Shown here: piece by piece, positions 57,578 through 64,000 of the stretch | Layout: every line of letters begins with the position of its first letter | Numbering within the stretch: position 1 is the stretch's first letter | Notes under the pieces: generated by a model | The model's database searches: none | What the model was told of the DNA's origin: nothing | Seen by the model: the letters and a program-made list of their open reading frames with translations, nothing else | Position numbers and translations under genes: made by a program | Assembly: GCA_963664225.1 (NCBI GenBank) | Contig: OY760937.1 | Span: 1,504,001-1,568,000 of the forward strand | Direction of reading: 5' to 3' | Length of the DNA stretch: 64,000 nucleotides | Origin: Verrucomicrobiia bacterium | Lineage (GTDB): Bacteria; Verrucomicrobiota; Verrucomicrobiia; Limisphaerales; UBA1319

Positions 57578-58819
57578 TCACGTCTGGCTGGGGGCTGCCG
57601 ACACCTGTCCGGGATGGACTGCCACGGGCCGCTGATAAACGAAGCGCCAGTACCAAAGAGTCCCCAGAACGCCGCAAAGGGCCGCACCAATGAAGTTTGC
57701 CTGCGGACTCAAGCTCCACAACCATGCCCCGAGAAACGATCCGGTGGTCACCACGCAGTCCCGAATCAGATAGTACGCTCCATAGGTGCGGGCGCGGAGT
57801 TCGGGCCGGGCCTGGGCGATGATGAGCGCCTTGCGCGCAGGTTCACCGAACTCCTTGAGGCCGCGCACAACGAAGGCCACTGCCAGCCAGCCAAAGCTAT
57901 CGGCCCAAATCAGGGACACTGGGAACAAAGTGAAGAACCCGAAGGTGGCCAGGACAAACGGACGCTGTCCGTGCTTGTCCGCCAAATGCGCGACCGGAAT
58001 GTAACACACCATGGCTGTCACCATTTCCAGGGCCACCAGAACGCCGTATTGTCTGGCGCTGACGCCACCGTGATTCATGGCCCAGAGGATTACAAAGGCG
58101 TATGGCAACCGTTCGCAGAAGCGAATGAGAATGTCGCTGATGAGTAATTCGCGCAGTGTGGGGTTAAAAGACCTGACGACGCCCATGAATGAGAGACCCG
58201 GGTTGTTCGCGGTGGATGACCGCGTAGCGGTTGGCTCCGCCATAAACCATTGGAAAACTGCTGTGACCGCACTGAGAACGATGCAGCCCATTAACGCGAA
58301 GCGCATCCCTTGTTCCCAGCCATAAAAAGTGATGAGCCAGCCGCCAACCAACGGCCCAACCATCATCGGCACTCGGCGCACCATCGATTGTATTCCGACG
58401 CCCATGGTGTGCTGACGATTGTCCAGTGATGTGGCGACGACGCTCAGCGTGGCTGGAAGGGAAAAGGCGCTCCATGCGAGGAACAGGAAAGCCCCGACCA
58501 GCAGCGCCAACCAGTGGTGCCACAGCAGCACAAAAAGGTAGCCTGCCAGCGAAAGCGCGTTAAAAAGGAGCAGCGACTTCCTCTGTCCCCATCGGTCGGT
58601 CAGCCACCCGCCCGGATAGGCATAAAGTGCTCCCAGCAGAGTCTGCAATGCATCGAACAAGCCAATGATGAGGATAGTGGCACCCAGGGTTTGCAGATAC
58701 TTCGGCGCAAAACCAAGCCAGAGTCGTTCACCGGTTCCAGCCAGCACCAGCGCCACGAGCAGCAGGCTCGTGTTGCGGCGCAAGGCCAGAAATTCAGCAA
58801 GTTTGTGGCAACCATTCAC
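57578..58819 (-). CDS. MFS transporter
   Basis: GGWLTDRWGQRKSL and AHLADKHGQRPFV MFS motif A; about 12 TM. Confidence 0.9.
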   Translation of the reverse strand: MNGCHKLAEFLALRRNTSLLLVALVLAGTGERLWLGFAPKYLQTLGATILIIGLFDALQTLLGALYAYPGGWLTDRWGQRKSLLLFNALSLAGYLFVLLWHHWLALLVGAFLFLAWSAFSLPATLSVVATSLDNRQHTMGVGIQSMVRRVPMMVGPLVGGWLITFYGWEQGMRFALMGCIVLSAVTAVFQWFMAEPTATRSSTANNPGLSFMGVVRSFNPTLRELLISDILIRFCERLPYAFVILWAMNHGGVSARQYGVLVALEMVTAMVCYIPVAHLADKHGQRPFVLATFGFFTLFPVSLIWADSFGWLAVAFVVRGLKEFGEPARKALIIAQARPELRARTYGAYYLIRDCVVTTGSFLGAWLWSLSPQANFIGAALCGVLGTLWYWRFVYQRPVAVHPGQVSAAPSQT

Positions 58820-59427
58820 GCGGTGAATGTCACGTCCGGCATCTTCTTGTCAAAAAAGATGTTTTTATGAGTGACGCTCATGGACAACGCAACGGCCACG
58901 TCCGCCTTGATGATTCCCAAATGCCGGGCCGCAGCCGCAATCCGGGTTTGGCATCGGGTATCAATGTTGTTGAGGCTTGCGATTTTTGCGGCGGACCCAA
59001 CTGCGATCCCAAGGTCGATGCAGCGCAGTTGGCAAATGGGACCGTCGAACTGCCAGCCTTGCGAAGTCCCTGTCTTGTGTTTCGGTTTGGCCTGCAAAAA
59101 CTCCGCGCAGGTCCCGTAGCCGCAGGCTCCACAGTCATATTGCGGTGGATACCAATCTTCGAGGCCAATGAACAAAACCAAATCCAGCTTCTCCGCCATA
59201 TCTGCGTCGCGAAACCATATGGCTTCCTTGTGCTGCTGTCCTTGCTCCCGCAGCCAATCTGCGAGCTGTTTCAGCATGGTTTTGTCTTCGACGATAACCG
59301 TTTCGATGAATGGCTTTGCTCCTTTCAGGAAAAGTTGACCCCCACTCTTGGGCGCAGTCATGGCGGCGACGGCACAAAGCTTCGCAATACTCCGCAAAAC
59401 ATCCATAAACATTTCGTGTTGAATCAT
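58816..59427 (-). CDS. Ferredoxin-domain protein (DUF2148-like)
   Basis: AAMTAPKSGG, DCGACGYGTC, GPICQLRCIDLGIAVGSA, KNIFFD. Confidence 0.8.
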   Translation of the reverse strand: MIQHEMFMDVLRSIAKLCAVAAMTAPKSGGQLFLKGAKPFIETVIVEDKTMLKQLADWLREQGQQHKEAIWFRDADMAEKLDLVLFIGLEDWYPPQYDCGACGYGTCAEFLQAKPKHKTGTSQGWQFDGPICQLRCIDLGIAVGSAAKIASLNNIDTRCQTRIAAAARHLGIIKADVAVALSMSVTHKNIFFDKKMPDVTFTA

Positions 59428-59867
59428 TTAATCTCCTTTCTTTCTGAAATCCGCCTCTGGCACTCCACATACAGCGCATCATAAACCATGAACTCGCGTT
59501 CGAGAATTTCAGGATCGCTCAGTCCCAGGGCGCTGTATCCAAAGGCAATCCAGCGCAAGCCTTCACCAGCCGGGTGTGGATTGGATGGATGGGAGTCGGC
59601 TGCACGGACAATCTCGCCGAGCAGTGTCAGCGCAGGGTCATGCAGATGGTATTTCTTAAGGATCGAGTTAAAAGAAACATCCTCGCCGTGATGGCCAAGT
59701 TCGCAGGAGCCAATATCGAATGGAACCGCGCCCAGTTCAATCGCCTTCGTGGCGACCTGGTCGCTTCGTACAAACAGGAATTCCGCTTTGGGATCGATGA
59801 ACTTCCTGATGAGCCACGGACAGGCGACCCGGTCCACTTTCACATTTTCACGGGTAATCCACTTCAT
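59424..59867 (-). CDS. Chromate-resistance ChrB C-terminal-domain protein (ChrF-like)
   Basis: MKWITRENVKVDRVACPWLIRKFIDPKAEFLFV, PFDI, IVRAAD, YDALY. Confidence 0.88.
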   Translation of the reverse strand: MKWITRENVKVDRVACPWLIRKFIDPKAEFLFVRSDQVATKAIELGAVPFDIGSCELGHHGEDVSFNSILKKYHLHDPALTLLGEIVRAADSHPSNPHPAGEGLRWIAFGYSALGLSDPEILEREFMVYDALYVECQRRISERKEIK

Positions 59868-59871
59868 AATC

Positions 59872-60801
59872 CTAATTCGTTAATGACCGGTAAAGTCCCT
59901 CGAAACATTCGACGCCCTTGTCCAGCAGCACGTCATCGCTCAGACCGGACTTTGCCCAGCCAGCCAGCACACTGTTGATGCCAACACACTCGCACCGCTG
60001 GAACTTGCCATCCTCCAAATCCGCATCATGCACCATTTCCGCCATCTTGAGCACCGCTTCGTCTGAAATGCCAAACCGGATCACCAGCGTCTCAAAGGTG
60101 CAATTCTCCCCGTGGTGTGAGAACTCTGCGTCCGCCATGTCGAAGGGCACCGTATTTGGGTGCTTTGATGGTTCCATCCCAAACACGAAACGGGCTTTTC
60201 GGTCGATATATTTGCGAATCAGCCAGGCTGATCCCGCCCGGTCAATGCCCGGTTGTGGCCGCGTGAGCCAGACGCGTCCCACAAATCGGGCTGCGTCTGC
60301 CTTCAGTGCCACGACTTCGCCTTTTCGTGGGGATAACAACTTCTCCAAACGTTCGATAAGAATCTGCACATCATGTACCGCAGGCGAATTGAAATAGTCC
60401 GTCTCGCGAATTTCGCGCAAGCGCTTCTGGTGGTTCGCCAGCTCCGCAGCAAGGTCCATCCCGTCCTTGCGCTTGTAACGCGCCAAAGTTTCCCGACACA
60501 CTTCCGCTAAATCCTTGTATTCCACGGCTCGCGCCTCGTTGAACAGCTGAACGATCTGCCCGCTGGTCACTCCCTCAATCTGCGCCACCCGGATGAGCGT
60601 CGCCTCGCCCCCAGCATCCTGAAGCTCCCTGGACAACCACTGAAACCTTTCGTATTGCGTGGGGGTGTCCGGGAGGACATATGCGGAGCTCTTCAATTGT
60701 ACAGCCCCAAACTTCTTGAGCTTGCGCCACAGGCTCACGCGCTCAGCGCTCCGTTTCGTGGGCAGTCCATAGAGCAGTAAAAGCCAGGATTTATCTTTCA
60801 T
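59872..60801 (-). CDS. chrB: Chromate-responsive regulator ChrB (N- and C-domains)
   Basis: WLLLLYGLP..RVSLWRKLKKFGA, WLTRPQPGIDRAGSAWLIRKYID, FSHHGENCTFETL; ATG 60801 chosen. Confidence 0.9.
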   Translation of the reverse strand: MKDKSWLLLLYGLPTKRSAERVSLWRKLKKFGAVQLKSSAYVLPDTPTQYERFQWLSRELQDAGGEATLIRVAQIEGVTSGQIVQLFNEARAVEYKDLAEVCRETLARYKRKDGMDLAAELANHQKRLREIRETDYFNSPAVHDVQILIERLEKLLSPRKGEVVALKADAARFVGRVWLTRPQPGIDRAGSAWLIRKYIDRKARFVFGMEPSKHPNTVPFDMADAEFSHHGENCTFETLVIRFGISDEAVLKMAEMVHDADLEDGKFQRCECVGINSVLAGWAKSGLSDDVLLDKGVECFEGLYRSLTN

Positions 60802-60910
60802 GATGTTGACACATATACACACCTGATATACCTATTACAATGGTATGTGGTGTTTGTCGAGACGACGAATTGAAAAAGTTGAAGCTGCATACCGGACAGA
60901 AAGGTTAAAA

Positions 60911-61279
60911 ATGAAACTGAAGCATGTAATTATTGGGACCCTCGTCATCCTGGCGTTGACGTTGGTAATTCCACTGTTGATCGCAGAACCCAAGGGGGAC
61001 GAAACAACGGTCAAGGGCGAAGTAGTTGACCTCTGGTGTTATCTTGAGGGTGGAGACCATGGCCCGGAGCACAAGGCTTGTGCCGTCAGCTGTGCCAAGG
61101 CTGGGAATCCCATCGGAATCCTCGATGCAGACGGCAATATCTTCGTCGCCATGGGGATCAAAGACCACCAGCCGAGCCGTGAAGTGCTCATCGACAAGAT
61201 GGCCGATACGGTCACAGCCACGGGTACTGTTGTCAAAAAGGGCGGTGTGCAGGTCATCTACATTAAATCTGTCAAATGA
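60911..61279 (+). CDS. Exported hypothetical protein with DxxCY..HxxCAxxC motif
   Basis: Signal/TM, GEVVDLWCYLEGGDHGPEHKACAVSCAKAGNP; ATG 60911 chosen. Confidence 0.75.
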   Translation: MKLKHVIIGTLVILALTLVIPLLIAEPKGDETTVKGEVVDLWCYLEGGDHGPEHKACAVSCAKAGNPIGILDADGNIFVAMGIKDHQPSREVLIDKMADTVTATGTVVKKGGVQVIYIKSVK

Positions 61280-61342
61280 CTGATTGCCAATAGGTAAGCC
61301 ACTAATCCGCTGCCGGGCGGCAGCACAGCTCAGGATCGACGT

Positions 61343-62275
61343 ATGAAAGTCAGACTTCTCTTGTCCACACTCTGCGGGGTGGTCATTGTTCTTAACGCGA
61401 ACGGGGCAACCATCGACCAGGCCAAAATTGAACAGATCACCGGCCTAAAAGGCGCGTGGAATGACGCTGAGGGCGTATTCAAAGTCAGCAGTCCGCGCAA
61501 TGACGTGCCGGTGAAGGTGGACGAATGGACCATGCCGCCCTTCATGGGGCTGACTTCATGGGCTGCGTTTTCAGCAGGGGGGAAGGCCGATATGATGGTG
61601 ATGGGCGATCTGGTTCTCTTTGAAGACGAAGTCAATCCAGTCATGAGCGCCACGCTCGGCAGCGGACTCGAAGTGACTGCCTTGCACAACCATTTCTTTC
61701 ACGCCGAACCGCAGGTTTACTTCATGCACATCGGCGGAGAAGGCACGGTCGAGAAGTTGGCGGGTGGCGTGAAATCGGCATTCGCGGCGATCAAGGAAAT
61801 CCGCACCTCCCAGGCACCGCCTTCCAAATCATTTGGTGGTGGCATTCCTGAAAAGAGCGCGATCAGTTCCACACCGCTCGCGGAGTTGTTCCATGCCACG
61901 CCGCAGGAGAAGGACGGCATGGTGAAGTTCGTTTTTGGTCGTGTCGCCCGCATGGCGTGCGGTTGCGAGGTGGGCAAGGAAATGGGCGTGAACACCTGGG
62001 CCAGTTTTGCAGGCATTGACGATAATGCGATAGTGGACGGCGATTTTGCCAGCCGTGAGGACGAATTGCAGCCAGTGCTTAAAAGCCTGCGCGAGGCAGG
62101 CATTAACATTGTAGCGATTCACCATCATATGATCGGCGAGACACCGCGATATGTGTTTCTGCACTACTGGGGGCGCGGGAATGCCACCGAACTTGCGCGC
62201 GCGCTACAGGCGGCGCGGGAGAAACAGACCAAGGCGGATAACAATCAACAGACTGAAACTCAAAAATACCCATGA
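61343..62275 (+). CDS. DUF1259 (LppY/LpqO-like) tandem-domain protein
   Basis: MGLTSWAAF..MVMGDLV..VTALHNHF..FMHI and NTWASF..VDGDF..IVAIHHHM..FLHYWG. Confidence 0.88.
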   Translation: MKVRLLLSTLCGVVIVLNANGATIDQAKIEQITGLKGAWNDAEGVFKVSSPRNDVPVKVDEWTMPPFMGLTSWAAFSAGGKADMMVMGDLVLFEDEVNPVMSATLGSGLEVTALHNHFFHAEPQVYFMHIGGEGTVEKLAGGVKSAFAAIKEIRTSQAPPSKSFGGGIPEKSAISSTPLAELFHATPQEKDGMVKFVFGRVARMACGCEVGKEMGVNTWASFAGIDDNAIVDGDFASREDELQPVLKSLREAGINIVAIHHHMIGETPRYVFLHYWGRGNATELARALQAAREKQTKADNNQQTETQKYP

Positions 62276-62892
62276 AATCAATTGTCACACTCCTAATGGC
62301 AGCCTGGTTGCTTGCCAGCGCTGTGCATTCGGCAACCATTAGTTTCGATGACGCCAAAGCCGGTATGGCACCGCCCGGTTGGACAGTCACCAAGACCGGG
62401 AGTGGCAACCCGAAGTGGGTCGTGGAGACCGACGACACCGCGCCCAGCAAACCGAATGTGCTCAAACAGTCTGGGGAGGCGACCTATCCAATTTGCATCA
62501 AGGAAGGCACTGACCTCAAAGACGGCTACGTCGAAGTCAAATTCAAGCCCGTCTCCGGCAAGGAGGATCAAGCGGGCGGCGTCATCTGGCGGGCAAGGGA
62601 CGCGGACAATTACTACATCGCCCGCGCCAACGCGCTGGAGGACAATGTCACGATCTATCACACCATCAATGGCAGGCGCGTGTCGTTCAAGAACGTGAAC
62701 CTGCCGGTCAAATCCGGTGAATGGCATACCCTTCGGGTGGACTTCAACGGGACCAAATTTACGGTGACGTTCGACGGCAGAAAAGTCATCGAGGCGACTG
62801 ACGACAGCTTTGCGGACGCCGGAAAGGTCGGTGTCTGGACCAAGGCGGATAGCGTGACGCTTTTCGATGATTTCAGTTACGGCAGCAAATAG
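62272..62892 (+). CDS. Exported concanavalin-fold protein (DUF1080-like)
   Basis: VEVKFKPVSGKEDQAGGVIWRARDADNYY, WHTLRV, GKVGVWTKADSVTLFDD. Confidence 0.75.
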   Translation: MKSIVTLLMAAWLLASAVHSATISFDDAKAGMAPPGWTVTKTGSGNPKWVVETDDTAPSKPNVLKQSGEATYPICIKEGTDLKDGYVEVKFKPVSGKEDQAGGVIWRARDADNYYIARANALEDNVTIYHTINGRRVSFKNVNLPVKSGEWHTLRVDFNGTKFTVTFDGRKVIEATDDSFADAGKVGVWTKADSVTLFDDFSYGSK

Positions 62893-62904
62893 TGAAATAT
62901 TCCC

Positions 62905-63111
62905 ATGAATACCTGGTCGTATCGCTGCTCTACTGCATCGGGTTCTGCGCTGGCGCCTAATGATTCCCAACACTCAAGGCTTCCCAAAACAATGCCATTA
63001 CCGGGTATCAAAGAATGTTTTGACCATTTTGCCATAGACGTGAAAGACCGCAGATTGTTTCTTGCCGCCCTCCGAAACAATACACTGGAAGTCGTTACTG
63101 TTTTTCAATGA
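62905..63111 (+). pseudogene. Truncated N-terminus of a YVTN/YncE-like beta-propeller gene
   Basis: KTMPLPGIKECFDHFAIDVKDRRLFLAALRNNTLEVV resembles the first blade of that family; it stops where the convergent gene ends. Confidence 0.55.
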
Positions 63112-64000
63112 CCACCGACCAATGATCACCCTCTTTGACTTGTTCAATGATTTTGTGGCCCTCGCCTGCCACCGAGCGAGGCACGTTTTGGGCCGGCGCA
63201 CCGTCGTCCAACAGAATCTTCAAGCGCTGCCCCGGTGTGAGTTTTTCCAGGGCCAGCTTGGTTTTAACAAAGTTCATGGGGCAAGTGACCCCTCGAAAGT
63301 CCTTTAGGACAAAAGTCTCGGCATGCGTTTTCTCAGTCTCTGAGGCTTTCGCAGTCACTTTGGAGGCTTCCCCCGGAAACCGCAGGGCATTGTCCATCGT
63401 CCCATAAAGCGCTTCCATCGTTTGGGCCAGACTCAACACCTCCCGGTCCCGGGCCTGGATATCCGCCAGATTCTTCTTTGCCGCGCTTTCCACCAAAGGC
63501 AGATACTTAGCTTCAACCAGCCTGGTCTCGATGAAGTGTTGCCGGAATTGCCAGAACACGTCGGCATCCGACCGTGCTTCAACGCCTCGCGTTATCAACA
63601 GCATGCGAGACGCGGACAAGGTGATCTGGTAAAGTGTTTCTCCACGCTGATCGGGCTTCAGTCCGGCCAGATGTTCCTTCAGCTCTTTAAGGCGTTTCAA
63701 ATCGAATTCGATCAAGTCAAACAGCCCGGCCGAGCATTCACCCACGCCGCGAGCCGCCAGGGAGAACACCTCGGTGGCTGTCCAGTCGTAGTAATAATTC
63801 TTGTCCTCCTCGAAATCCGGAATCTCCCGGTGCTCCTCGGTCCAGGCTCGAATGAACGGCTTGCCCTTCCCTTCGAGATACTGGCCATAAGTCCCAACCT
63901 GGGACTTGTGCTTTAGGTAATCTCTCAGAAAATCGGTGACAAAGCATGGCAAATCCCGGGCACTGACCTCTCCCGCCGGTTCCGCCAATTGGGCAAAACC
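63095..64000 (-). CDS. C-terminal part of a nitrite/sulfite-reductase-like protein fused to a TusA/SirA domain (partial)
   Basis: DFRGVTCPMNFVKTKLALE..LDDG..NVPRSV..EGH TusA domain; YYDW..FSL..GVGECSAG linker; frame open to the right edge. The reductase core lies outside the window and is inferred. Confidence 0.75.
   Translation of the reverse strand, partial: GFAQLAEPAGEVSARDLPCFVTDFLRDYLKHKSQVGTYGQYLEGKGKPFIRAWTEEHREIPDFEEDKNYYYDWTATEVFSLAARGVGECSAGLFDLIEFDLKRLKELKEHLAGLKPDQRGETLYQITLSASRMLLITRGVEARSDADVFWQFRQHFIETRLVEAKYLPLVESAAKKNLADIQARDREVLSLAQTMEALYGTMDNALRFPGEASKVTAKASETEKTHAETFVLKDFRGVTCPMNFVKTKLALEKLTPGQRLKILLDDGAPAQNVPRSVAGEGHKIIEQVKEGDHWSVVIEKQ

Noticed and set aside
57439..57693. 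84-aa ORF with LSDEEFERLF, reminiscent of a tyrosine-recombinase fragment
   Set aside because: No catalytic R/HxxR/Y residues; overlaps the MFS 3' end
1..64000. CRISPR arrays, tRNA/rRNA, IS elements, prophage or defence systems
   Set aside because: No repeat-spacer array, structural RNA gene, transposase, integrase or nuclease motif recognised; the MoaD/E1 pair has no E2/JAB/cyclase neighbours, so it is not a CBASS- or Bil-type system

Overview
Gene-dense bacterial window. Gene content (prepilin-like H-X9-DG protein, F[FW]RL C-terminal domains, PQQ-like propellers, Bat cluster) suggests Verrucomicrobiota/PVC; this is inference. (1) 1-10.6 kb, minus strand: operon of a giant methyltransferase-like/beta-propeller/LamG protein, a CxC protein, a Mo/W-oxyanion ABC transporter with a tandem, partly Cys-substituted binding protein, a half-size TauE, a MoaD/ThiS carrier, HesA and a NapH-like Fe-S membrane protein. 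Its leader resembles a P3-less Moco/Tuco RNA motif. (2) 10.9-38.3 kb: apparent sulfur-scavenging locus with a prepilin-like protein, a ~2,300-aa surface protein with no Met/Cys in its mature part, three Cys-type sulfatases coupled to a MoxR-DUF58-Bat cluster, a divergent octaheme-HEAT-TPR cytochrome, and YezD-cysTWA. A repeated ATATAC(G/T)A(T/C)-N7-(A/G)TCGT motif occurs in its intergenic regions. (3) 38.6-63.1 kb: heavy-metal cluster with a CusCBA-type RND system, a CnrYXH-like ECF module, three identically spaced TGAGGGAT-N13-GCGTA promoters, a Met-rich LamG protein, RcnR/RcnA with a palindromic operator, and chrB-type genes without chrA. (4) Right edge: partial sulfite-reductase-like/TusA fusion. 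No rRNA, tRNA, CRISPR array, integrase or transposase was recognised. Family calls come from motifs read by eye; no searches were run.
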